Origin: Deltaproteobacteria bacterium
GTDB taxonomy: Bacteria > Myxococcota_A > UBA9160 > SMWR01
NCBI GenBank assembly: GCA_032128115.1
Contig: JAQBHB010000065.1
Location: forward strand, 1 to 40,421
Reading direction: 5' to 3'
DNA length: 40,421 nt
Shown here: piece by piece, positions 1 to 8,357 of the stretch
Numbering within the stretch: the stretch's first letter is position 1
How the letters are laid out: each line of letters starts with the position of its first letter
Made by a program: the position numbers and the translations under genes
The notes under the pieces: generated by a model
Seen by the model: the letters and a program-made list of their open reading frames with translations, nothing else
Told to the model about the DNA's origin: nothing
The model's database searches: none

Positions 1-35
1 GGAGGTCACTGGTTCGAGTCCAGTACGTCCCACCA
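1..35 (+). tRNA. 3' part of a tRNA, probably tRNA-Val (anticodon outside the window)
   Basis: T-arm ACTGG-TTCGAGT-CCAGT followed by acceptor strand ACGTCCC-A-CCA. Val assignment rests on resemblance only. Confidence 0.75.
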
Positions 36-108
36 TCCCAGCGATAGCGTTCAACAGACGGGGGCGAGGCGAAGCCGCAGCCCCATCAGTTAGTCTTCTC
101 TCTAGAGT

Positions 109-185
109 GGCCCGGTAGCTCAGCTGGATAGAGCACCAGCCTCCGAAGCTGGGGGTCGCGCGTTCGAATCGCGCCCGGGTCACCA
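109..185 (+). tRNA. tRNA-Arg(CCG)
   Basis: Full cloverleaf: acceptor GGCCCGG/CCGGGTC, D-arm GCTC/GAGC, anticodon arm CCAGC-CT-CCG-AA-GCTGG, T-arm GCGCG-TTCGAAT-CGCGC, encoded CCA. Confidence 0.97.
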
Positions 186-326
186 TTTGTTTTCGCGCAC
201 TTAGCGGACTTGCTCCTGCGAGCGTTGCGCATCGAATCACCGAACCAGACCGAACCAATCTCGCTGCCGGTGCGGTGACGCCCTCGCTCTTTCTATTACT
301 TGAAGCGGGCGTTCTTGGCACAGGGT

Positions 327-1076
327 TCAGATTCCCCGGAGCAAGCCCCCGCTGATGTTGAGTACCGCTCCACTGATCCAGTCTCCCGACGGACGCAGCA
401 GGAAGCGCACGGCTTCTGCCGTCGGCTGTGGGCCTCCGGTGCCGAGTGGAAACGCGAAGGAGTAAAGGTTGCCCTCGGCCTCGGAGAGGGGCGTTCCCGT
501 ATTACCCGTTGCACCCGGGGTGATGGCGTTCACCAGAATCCCCTGGCCCTCGAGCTGGACTGACAGGGAGATCGTCAACCCGATCAAGCCTGCCTTCGCG
601 GCCGAATAGGCTGGAGAGGTCTCAGGCGATGCCGTGCGCGCAGAAGCGGAGCTGATCGTGACGATCTTGCCGCATTGACGCTTCCGCATGTGGGAGAGCA
701 CGGCTTGGGTGCACCACCAGGCGCCGGAGAGATTGACGTCGATGACCTCGCGCCAGTGGGCTTCACCGATCTCCCAGGCATTGCCGGGCGGAGCGTCGAG
801 GGCAGCGTTGTTGACGAGGGCGTCAACCTGACCGAATGCGTCGAGCGCTCGCGCCACCATTTTCGCCGCCTGTAAGGGGTCGGCGATGTCGACGCAGAAG
901 GATTCAGCGTGCATTCCTTCGTCGCGCAGGGAATTCGCGACGGATTCCACCTTGTCTTCTTGGATGTCGGCGAGAAGAATGCGGGCGCCGTCCGCAGCCA
1001 AGTTGCGGGCGATGCACTCTCCAATACCCTGGGCAGCCCCGGTAACGATCGCAACTTGGCCAGTCAGCTCATTCAT
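327..1076 (-). CDS. SDR-family NAD(P)-dependent oxidoreductase (FabG-like)
   Basis: TGAAQGIG Rossmann motif, NNAA, catalytic YSAAK, C-terminal ISGAVLNISGG. Confidence 0.92.
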   Translation of the reverse strand: MNELTGQVAIVTGAAQGIGECIARNLAADGARILLADIQEDKVESVANSLRDEGMHAESFCVDIADPLQAAKMVARALDAFGQVDALVNNAALDAPPGNAWEIGEAHWREVIDVNLSGAWWCTQAVLSHMRKRQCGKIVTISSASARTASPETSPAYSAAKAGLIGLTISLSVQLEGQGILVNAITPGATGNTGTPLSEAEGNLYSFAFPLGTGGPQPTAEAVRFLLRPSGDWISGAVLNISGGLLRGI

Positions 1077-1387
1077 TCGAGATTTCCTTCTCGTGCGTGT
1101 CGGTCATTCGAAGATCCAGAGCATTGCTGTGACGTGTGCTTGGATAGGCGAAATCGCCGGGTGATGCGGGCGTAGGCCTCCCCTCCCAGGACGACCATGG
1201 CGGCAGCACCGATGATCTCGGCCCCGACCACCAGGGCAGCGATGACGGTCGCAAGCTGACCAGCGGGCAATCCGAGTAGTGGGGTGAACGGCGCGACGGC
1301 CCAGGGAACAATCGAGAAGACAAGGAGAGCGCAACCGAAGACGAGCCGTCTCCTACCGGGAGGAGTTTCTTTCGCCTCAGCCATCAA
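1073..1387 (-). CDS. Small two-TM membrane protein (transporter-suffix-domain-like)
   Basis: Two hydrophobic segments ending AEIIGAAAMVVLGGE; ORF overlaps both neighbours, consistent with an operon. Confidence 0.65.
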   Translation of the reverse strand: MMAEAKETPPGRRRLVFGCALLVFSIVPWAVAPFTPLLGLPAGQLATVIAALVVGAEIIGAAAMVVLGGEAYARITRRFRLSKHTSQQCSGSSNDRHAREGNLE

Positions 1388-2030
1388 GCAGGCTCATCAC
1401 CAGCCGACTCAGGAAGCGCTTGAAGCGATCCTGAATCTCAGGCTCTTCGAGAAGCGAACCGCCCAACGCAGCACGTTGGAGCGACGAATCGCCGAAGGCG
1501 ACGATGACGAAGTAGAAGACGGACAGCATCGAGAAAATTGGATCACCGCCGCCCTTTTCCATCGTCTCTTCGACCTTCTGCTCGGCATAGCGGAACAGCG
1601 CGACATCGTGCTGAAGTAGAGACGGAAGCTCGGGCGGCGATTGGTCAGATACACTCTGTAGCGCCAAGGGGGCAATCGCGGGATGTTGAGTGAGAAGCAA
1701 GACCACCTGGTCGATCCAACTTTCGATCTGTTTCTGATCTGGTCGCACGTTCGGGACGACTTCTTCGGTCGCTCGTTCGAGGACGGCGCGCACCAGCCGT
1801 GCGTGCCAGCGGCATACGGCTTCGTAGAGGGTGCTCTTGTTCTTCCAATGGAAGTGCAGCGTGGAGATGTTGACTTCGGCAGCGCTCGCGACATCCCGCG
1901 TTCGGACTCCCTCGAAGCCGTGCCTGGCGAATAATGTCTCCGCCTCGCGGAGTAGCCGGGCGGGGGTTTGACCGGGATTCTGTTTTGCGCGGTCGAGTGC
2001 TGTCTCCAGGTCGAATTCGGGCATGAACAT
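1377..2030 (-). CDS. TetR/AcrR family transcriptional regulator (start may be the ATG at 2024)
   Basis: N-terminal HTH LFARHGFEGVRTRDVASAAEVNISTLHFHWKNKSTLY. Confidence 0.92.
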   Translation of the reverse strand: MFMPEFDLETALDRAKQNPGQTPARLLREAETLFARHGFEGVRTRDVASAAEVNISTLHFHWKNKSTLYEAVCRWHARLVRAVLERATEEVVPNVRPDQKQIESWIDQVVLLLTQHPAIAPLALQSVSDQSPPELPSLLQHDVALFRYAEQKVEETMEKGGGDPIFSMLSVFYFVIVAFGDSSLQRAALGGSLLEEPEIQDRFKRFLSRLVMSLLDG

Positions 2031-2059
2031 ATGGAATCAATCAATTGATTGCGTGTCAA
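2031..2059 (-). promoter_or_regulatory. Sigma70-type promoter with palindromic TetR operator
   Basis: Minus strand TTGACA (2059-2054)-N17-TTCCAT with an upstream TG; perfect palindrome CAATCAATTGATTG at 2038-2051 in the spacer. Confidence 0.6.
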
Positions 2060-2209
2060 TATATGCTGTGCTGCGGGCTGGAATCAGGCAGCCGAGCACT
2101 GTTCTCGCCCCGGTCTCCGTGTCACCCTATGGCACCTCATGGCACTTCCAGACGGAACCACGATTTCCGAATAGCTGCGCAATATCATAAAGTTACGAGA
2201 TTTTCCGAA

Positions 2210-2258
2210 CAGCCTCCGAAGCTGGTTGTCGTGCTTTCGAATCGCGCCCGGGTCACCA
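2210..2258 (+). repeat. att-like direct repeat of the tRNA-Arg 3' half
   Basis: Matches 137-185 at 45 of 49 positions and ends in CACCA. Confidence 0.9.
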
Positions 2259-2337
2259 CTGTTTCCCGTCAGCTGAGTCTGGACAAAATCGAGGGATGAT
2301 TTAGGAGAGGGTTCTGGCTCCGAAAGGAGAAGGACCC

Positions 2338-2703
2338 ATGGAGAAGAAGGACTCTGCCGAGAAGGCGGTTCGCGAGATTCGCAGGAGGACACGACGGTGG
2401 TTCACGGCCGAAGAGAAGATCCGCGTCGTGATCGACGGGCTCCGAGGCGAGGAGAGCATGGCGTCGCTCTCCCGCCGCGAGGGGATCGCCGCGAACCTCT
2501 ACTACCGCTGGAGCAAGGAGTTTCTCGAAGCCGGCAAGAAGCGGCTGTTGGGGGACACCAAGCGAGAGGCGAGCACGAGCGAAGTCGCCGATCTCCGCCA
2601 GGGAAACGCTCGGCTGAAGGAGCTGGTGGCCGAGACGGTCCTCGAGAACCGCCTGCTCAAAAAAAGCGTGACGGCCTGCGATTCGCCCGAGGACGAGGCG
2701 TGA
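2338..2703 (+). CDS. IS3-family transposase OrfA
   Basis: FTAEEKIRVV..LYYRWSKEF..ENRLLKKS motifs. Confidence 0.88.
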   Translation: MEKKDSAEKAVREIRRRTRRWFTAEEKIRVVIDGLRGEESMASLSRREGIAANLYYRWSKEFLEAGKKRLLGDTKREASTSEVADLRQGNARLKELVAETVLENRLLKKSVTACDSPEDEA

Positions 2704-3440
2704 GGGTGAACGCTTCGGAGAAGCTGGAACTGATCCATCTAACCGAAGGTTCTTCGCTATCGGTGCGGCGGACCCTGGCCGAGATCGGTCTGGCCCGCTC
2801 GACCTTCTACGCCGGGTACAAGCGGTATCTCGACGGGGGATTCGAGGCTCTCGAAGACCGCAAGCCACGGCCACCGGCGGTCTGGAACAAGATCCCCGGT
2901 CGGGTCCGTGACAAGGGGATCGAGACGGCGCTGACCTACACGGAACTCTCACCTCGGGAGCTCGCGTGTCGGATCACGGACCGAGACGGCGAGTTCCTCT
3001 CGGAATCGAGCGTCTACCGGATCCTGAAGGCCGCCGACCTGATCGAAAGCCCGCCTACATCCTCCTGCAGGCAGCCGACCGCTTCCAGAATCCAACACGC
3101 CGGCGCAACGAACTCTGGCAGACGGATTTCACGTACCTGCCGGTGGTGGGCTGGGAATGTGGTGCGCCTCGAGAACTACTACAGCCCCTGGGAGCTGGAG
3201 CGCGCCATCGCTCGCTTCGTGAGCCACTACAACACTGAGCGCGTCCACGAATCGATCGGCAACGTGACCCCGGACGACATGTATCACGGGCGCCAGCATG
3301 ACATCCTGAGCCGCAGGAATCGAATCAAACGCTTGACATTGGAACGACGGGAGAAAGAGAATCAACGCGACGCGGCCAAGCCGCAGGTGAGAGCGAAACC
3401 CTCTCTAAGCAGAACGACTCGACTGTCCAAGAACCTCTGA
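2700..3440 (+). pseudogene. IS3-family transposase OrfB pseudogene (frameshift near 3050, DDE core deleted near 3155)
   Basis: NELWQTDFTY lies in another frame and joins directly to NVVRLENYY..YNTERVHESIGNVTPDDMY. Confidence 0.8.
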
Positions 3441-4085
3441 CGACATACAGTGAACCCTTCGCCTCTGCCCCACTGCCATCGCCCCAAGCCCCACGGCCAG
3501 GAGCAGGGCGGTGGAGGGTTCGGGGACGATGTGGCCATTCACGAAGACCGTGATCGCTGCTGAGTACTCAGTGCGGATACCCCCCCTCGGCGGGTCGAAT
3601 TTCCGAAGCATCATTGAGTCCATTCGTAGTTCGACGCTACTGACCCGGCAACCGGCGAAGTCCGGTCCGCTGCCGCAGGGCGTGGTTGGGAACCAAATAG
3701 ACTCGTCACGGGTACGGTCGTTTCCGCCTGATCGCGACCCCGGGTCTTGTGAATCCGTGATCTGAACGGCCACACTAAGAAAATCGTCGGTTCCGTTGAC
3801 TAGTACCGCAACAGCATCCGCGAAATCCACTTCGTTCGAGGCGTCTGCGACAAACGTCTTCCCTACGTCGGAAGGCGTGAAGAAGACACTTTCAAAGAGT
3901 TCAGCGTTGGGGTTGCTGCCCGGTGTGTGGAACTCATCTGAGAACGCGAGATAGACTGTCAACCCATCGCCAAGATTGCTGCTACCGCCCCCGTTGGGGC
4001 CCGGGTTGAGCTCGCCCAAGACGAGAGCATCCGCGCTGCTGGCCGCGCCAAAAAAGATGAGGAAAGAAAGCAGTTGCCTGAGCAT
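3405..4085 (-). CDS. PEP-CTERM sorting-domain protein
   Basis: N-terminal signal peptide; C-terminal VPEPSTALLLAVGLGAMAVGQRRR. Confidence 0.88.
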   Translation of the reverse strand: MLRQLLSFLIFFGAASSADALVLGELNPGPNGGGSSNLGDGLTVYLAFSDEFHTPGSNPNAELFESVFFTPSDVGKTFVADASNEVDFADAVAVLVNGTDDFLSVAVQITDSQDPGSRSGGNDRTRDESIWFPTTPCGSGPDFAGCRVSSVELRMDSMMLRKFDPPRGGIRTEYSAAITVFVNGHIVPEPSTALLLAVGLGAMAVGQRRRVHCMSSEVLGQSSRSA

Positions 4086-4439
4086 ACGGGTCCTTTCGCG
4101 ATCCCCTTCCCAGGCCGCACCATTCTACACCCGCGCAGATAGGCCCGAAAGCTGGGTCTCTGCTGCTGCGAAACCCCGAGACGCTAGGCAGGCTTGCCGA
4201 GGCTACCCCCGCCGTCGTCTGCGGCAATCGCCGCGGCCAGGAGCAGGGCTGGGTTAGCATTCGACCGGCACGACGAACCGAGCGAGGGGCCGAGACGAAG
4301 GGGATGAACTGAACGGAACGAGAGTGATCCTGGGATCGGGGCTCCTGTCGTTGTTGGCGGCGGCGTGCGCGACGAGTCCAATCCGACCAGTCGGGGCGAC
4401 TAACTCTGAGCCTCCTGAGATGGCGTCGTTGGCGTGCCC

Positions 4440-4744
4440 TCCGCGGGCGCTTCAGCGCGGGCCGGGCCACTTTTTTGAATTGATGTCTTGGAGAATCGCT
4501 TTGTCGAGGCTCAGCTCAGCAACGAGATTCTCGAGCCGTACGTTCTCGTCCTGCACTTGCTTGAGGTCGCGCGCCTGGTCCGGCTCGAGGCCCGAGTACT
4601 TCTTCTTCCAGCGGTAGAACGTCTGCTCGGAGATTCCCACCTGGCGGATCAGGCCCGCCACCGGCAACCCCCTCCCACCGCCTCAGCGGCCTGGTTTGCC
4701 GGAAACCCACACTCCGATCGGTCCGAGATTCCTAATGCAGTTCA
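4440..4744 (-). mobile_element. Truncated IS3-family (IS407-like) fragment: left IR plus 5'-damaged orfA
   Basis: IR-like TGAACTGCATTAGGAATCTCGGAC starting at 4744; orfA residues GISEQTFYRWKKKY..LSLDKAILQD; A6G frameshift site, after which homology stops. Confidence 0.75.
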
Positions 4745-4811
4745 GGGGTGAAAACCTTCTGAATCGTTCCACGCGGGGATTCCATCGACCGGTCTCGATG
4801 CCCAGGCTTGT

Positions 4812-6959
4812 CTAGGACTGCTCGGTCGTTCTCGAGACCGCCGAGACCCGGCACGGCGTACCGTTGTACACGGGCATCCCGCAGAAGCGATCCCGAACCC
4901 GATCGTCGTGGAGGAGGTTGACGTTGACCCCGGGATAGCGGCGACTGGAGGTCGTCCCGCTGTCGTATACGTGACCCCAGAACTGGTGGATCGCCACGAC
5001 CCCCTCGCGGATATCGGGCGAAATCCGCGCCTCGATCTCCGCCTCCCCGGTCCGCGAGGTCACGCGGACGCGCTGCCCGGACTCGATCCCGATGCGGGCA
5101 GCGTCCTCCGGGTGGAGAGTCGCCCAGTTTCCCTTGAGCTTCTCGGCCAGTGCCGGGATGTGGTGGGTCCAGCTGTTGTAGCTCGCCAGCCGACGCGCTC
5201 CGGAGATCAGCTGCAACGGAAACTCTTCATCGGGGAGCGGCGCAGCGGCCAGAGCCTCTCCGAGGGCAGAGACGAATTCGGGAGGGGCCAGATGCAGTCG
5301 GCCATCCGGCGTCCGGACACCAGTCTTCAGGAACTCGCCGAAGTGGATGTCTCCGAGCTCGATGCCACCGGGGCTTCGCTTCAAGCGACGCAGACCGGGC
5401 TTTCCCAACAGGAGGAGGCGATACAGGAACTCCTCTCCGAAACCGATGCCCACCGCATCGATCCACCGCGCGAGCCGGTCGACCCAGGGATCGTTGAGAA
5501 ACGGAACCCCCGCCGCTCGCGAGAGGTCCTTGACGATGTCCCACTCGTTCCGGGCCTCGCCGCGGGCCTCCAAGATCTTTGGCTTCCACTCCATGTAAGG
5601 GCGGGCCTCGAAGGTGGAAGTGAGGAAGTGCAGCCCGCCCTTCTCGTAGAGCGTCGCGGCCGGCAGCGCGTAGTCGGCGAAGGCGATCGTGTCCGAGGGG
5701 TAGATGTCGATGCAGACCAGCAGGTCCAGACGGCGCAGCGCGGCCTCCATCTTCTCGGTGTTCGGAAAGGTGATCACGGGGTTGCCGGCCACCACGATGA
5801 GTGCCCGGATCCGATCCGGGTCGTCCGAGAGAACGTCGTCTGCGAAGACCGGCGCAGGAGGGCCGCCGAAGATCTGAGGGTAACCGCCGACGCGGGAGGG
5901 GGCGGGATTCCGGCGCTTGCTGAAGCGCTCGATCAGCGCTGGCACGTCGAACGCTCCGGGGTTGTAGTACACGCCACCGGGCCGGTCGATGTTCCCCGTG
6001 ATGGCGTTCAGGGTCATTACCGCCCATTCGGTGAGAACCGTGTTGTAACTGGTCTGCACGCCGACTCGCGTGGTTGCGAAGGCACCGTCTGCGGCGGCGA
6101 AAGCGTCGGCGATTCGCTCGATGCGATCGCGGTCGATTCCCGTCACCTCGGCCGCGCGATCGGAATCGAGATCTTTCACAGCCTGCTGCCAGGCCTCCAC
6201 GCCGTTGGCGTAACGCCGGACGAACGCGCGATCGAAGCCCCCGGAGTCGAGGATCCGGCGGACCATCGCCACGAGCAGGAAGAGATCGGTTCCCGGGCGG
6301 ATGGCCACGTGTTCGTCCGCGATCTTCACGGTTTCCGTGCGACGGGGATCGACCACCACGACCCGTCCACCGCGTTTGCGAATGCCGCGAAGGTCTCCAC
6401 CGACATCGGGGCGACGTTGCAGGAGCGTCATGCCCTGGGTGACCACCGGGTTCGTCCCCAGGAGAAGCGCGAAGCCAGCCCGCCCCGCATCGGGCTGGAG
6501 GATCAGGTTCTCGTTGCCCAGCACCTGCTCCGCCACCGCGCCCCGATCCGTGTACTCCAAGGAGAGGACGTTGAAGGAGTTCGGGGAGCCGAAGGCGTGG
6601 CAGAACGTATTGGCCAGGGTGATCGAAATGCTGTCGGCGGCGTTGCCCCAGTAGGTGGCAATCGCCCCCGGGCCGTGGGTGTTGCGGAGCGCCTGCAGGC
6701 GGGCGCCGATCTCCTGGGTGGCCTCGTTCCAGGTGACCTGCTCCAGCCCGGCTGGGCCCCGCCGGAGAGGATGCAGGAGGCGCTCGGGATCGTTCACATA
6801 ATCAGGTACGTGCATTCCCTTGATGCAGACGTACCCCTTCGTGACCGGGTGATGCGGGTCGGGGCGCACGGAGACCATGCTTCCGCCCTCCACCTCTACC
6901 TCGAGCCCGCAGAACGGCTCGCAGGCGCCCACTTTGCAGGTCGTCCGGTGCACTGTCAT
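4812..6959 (-). CDS. Molybdopterin (bis-MGD)-dependent oxidoreductase catalytic subunit
   Basis: N-terminal Fe-S cysteines C..CEPFCG..CIKG, RLLHPLRR, VVVVDPRRTET, GNIDRPGG, C-terminal molydop-binding domain (LHPEDAARIGI). Confidence 0.9.
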   Translation of the reverse strand: MTVHRTTCKVGACEPFCGLEVEVEGGSMVSVRPDPHHPVTKGYVCIKGMHVPDYVNDPERLLHPLRRGPAGLEQVTWNEATQEIGARLQALRNTHGPGAIATYWGNAADSISITLANTFCHAFGSPNSFNVLSLEYTDRGAVAEQVLGNENLILQPDAGRAGFALLLGTNPVVTQGMTLLQRRPDVGGDLRGIRKRGGRVVVVDPRRTETVKIADEHVAIRPGTDLFLLVAMVRRILDSGGFDRAFVRRYANGVEAWQQAVKDLDSDRAAEVTGIDRDRIERIADAFAAADGAFATTRVGVQTSYNTVLTEWAVMTLNAITGNIDRPGGVYYNPGAFDVPALIERFSKRRNPAPSRVGGYPQIFGGPPAPVFADDVLSDDPDRIRALIVVAGNPVITFPNTEKMEAALRRLDLLVCIDIYPSDTIAFADYALPAATLYEKGGLHFLTSTFEARPYMEWKPKILEARGEARNEWDIVKDLSRAAGVPFLNDPWVDRLARWIDAVGIGFGEEFLYRLLLLGKPGLRRLKRSPGGIELGDIHFGEFLKTGVRTPDGRLHLAPPEFVSALGEALAAAPLPDEEFPLQLISGARRLASYNSWTHHIPALAEKLKGNWATLHPEDAARIGIESGQRVRVTSRTGEAEIEARISPDIREGVVAIHQFWGHVYDSGTTSSRRYPGVNVNLLHDDRVRDRFCGMPVYNGTPCRVSAVSRTTEQS

Positions 6960-7344
6960 GGGTGAGTCCTCCCCGATTCGAGCCTACTCGCGTTCAGGCA
7001 CCGTCGTCTTGAACGAAACGGCTGAGGCGAAACGGAGGACGATGATTTCCTGAAAAAGTCTGGTCTTTTTCGTCATCTAGGCGCGTTGTTCAACCCCCAA
7101 ATCGGCTATCAGCGGCGGGTTTTCACATGATTTTAGTGATGGACGCTGGGGACACAGGCCGTTCATATTTCCGCCCGGGAGGGGGTTCGCCCCGCAGCGA
7201 AATCGCGAATCGCCGGTCGGCGTTGCCGCGTCGGGCAGAGAAGCTCCTTCCCACGGCCAAGGGCACTGTGTGCGGCGGGGAGATCCGCTGCCCCTGCGCC
7301 GGCGGCGCTCCGGTATCACGCCGCAGAGATCCACATCCCCGGGA

Positions 7345-7518
7345 GGGTGTCATGTGCGTCTCCAAGCCGCAATCCGTGAATCCGCGCAGGGCGCAACCCT
7401 CACCCACGCGGCCTGCGCTGCCGGTTTCGCGGACGCGGCACACCTCACCCGCACGTTCCGCCGCATGTTCGGGATCGCTCCCTCCTCAGTCCACCGCTCG
7501 ATCACGCTGATGCACTAA
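7345..7518 (+). pseudogene. C-terminal remnant of an AraC-family regulator
   Basis: LTHAACAAGFADAAHLTRTFRRMFGIAPS is the AraC second-HTH signature; no recognisable N-terminal part. Confidence 0.7.
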
Positions 7519-7676
7519 GCGTCTCGCCTCGATCAGCGACCGACTCTCAGGAACCCTTTCGTGAACCTTTTGTGGCTCCCACGCGTCGAAGACCTGCCCG
7601 AAGAGGCTTGCGGCCGCGGGGGATGCTCCTCAAGTGGTGGAGACGTGGGACCGAAGAACTCCTGCCGGCGCCTCGC

Positions 7677-8357
7677 TCGCAGAGGGACAGCCAGTCGGTT
7701 AGCTTGGAAGGACGATGAAGCTCTCAGCCACAGCCGCCGCGCTCTTCATCTGGCTCCAGTTCGCGCTCTGCGTGCCCGCATTCGCCGAGACTTTCCCCCA
7801 CGGGGACGAACTTGGCAGCGAGCACCCCCATGCCCAGCCCGCGGATGTCGACTCCACCGGAGCCCATCGAGAGGAAGGTGCGCCCCATTCCCACGACCAG
7901 GACACCGGATCGGGCGAGGACCACTGCGACCTCGTAGCACGGACGCTGGTCTCGGATTCACCCACGGTCGGGCCGCCCTCCCTTCTTACATTCCCGGCCT
8001 CGATCAGCCTGCAAGCCGGTGAGGCGCCGATCGTTTCGTTGTCCGTTCGGAGATCCCTCCGAGCATCACCACGACCACCCGACCTGATCCTTCAGAACGC
8101 CAGCTTCCTGCTCTAAACCCACGCCTCTCGCTCGAGACGGGCCGCCAGCTCTGCGCTCGGGGATTCCCGCGCGAACGGCTCGCAGCCCGACCTGGCACCG
8201 GCGCGTCCGAGAACGCGCGCAACCCTTCGAATTTCGGAGGCGTGGATGGTTTCGAAATACGCTTTCGCGAGTTTTTCTGGATGCTTTCTGGCTCTGGTCG
8301 TTGATGCGACGAGTGCCGCTGCGCTGGACATCACAAGCGGTGTGCTCACACCGGCGA
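7677..8357 (+). repeat. Copy 1 of the duplicated promoter/leader/TolC-signal module (inverted relative to 26855-27530)
   Basis: Colinear DNA and protein similarity to the reverse complement of 26855-27530. Confidence 0.92.
7715..8116 (+). CDS. Secreted His-rich small protein upstream of RND operon (CzcI/CutF-like leader)
   Basis: Signal peptide, His-rich middle, Pro-rich C-terminus; paralogue at 27094-27492. Confidence 0.75.
   Translation: MKLSATAAALFIWLQFALCVPAFAETFPHGDELGSEHPHAQPADVDSTGAHREEGAPHSHDQDTGSGEDHCDLVARTLVSDSPTVGPPSLLTFPASISLQAGEAPIVSLSVRRSLRASPRPPDLILQNASFLL

Larger units (their letters stand above)
2260..3449 (+). mobile_element. IS3-family insertion sequence, internally deleted (non-autonomous)
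   Basis: Ends TGTTTCCCGTCAG..CTGGACA and TGTCCAAG..CTGACGACATACA form imperfect IRs; orfA HTH plus leucine zipper; A7G slippery site at 2659-2666; broken orfB. Confidence 0.85.

Noticed and set aside
61..84. GC hairpin between the two tRNAs as a terminator
   Set aside because: Imperfect stem with no U-tract; more likely a spacer structure.
8117..8245. Known metal riboswitch (NiCo or yybP) in the leader-tolC gap
   Set aside because: I cannot recognise the consensus by eye; an Rfam/Infernal scan would be needed. Reported only as an anti-SD pairing.
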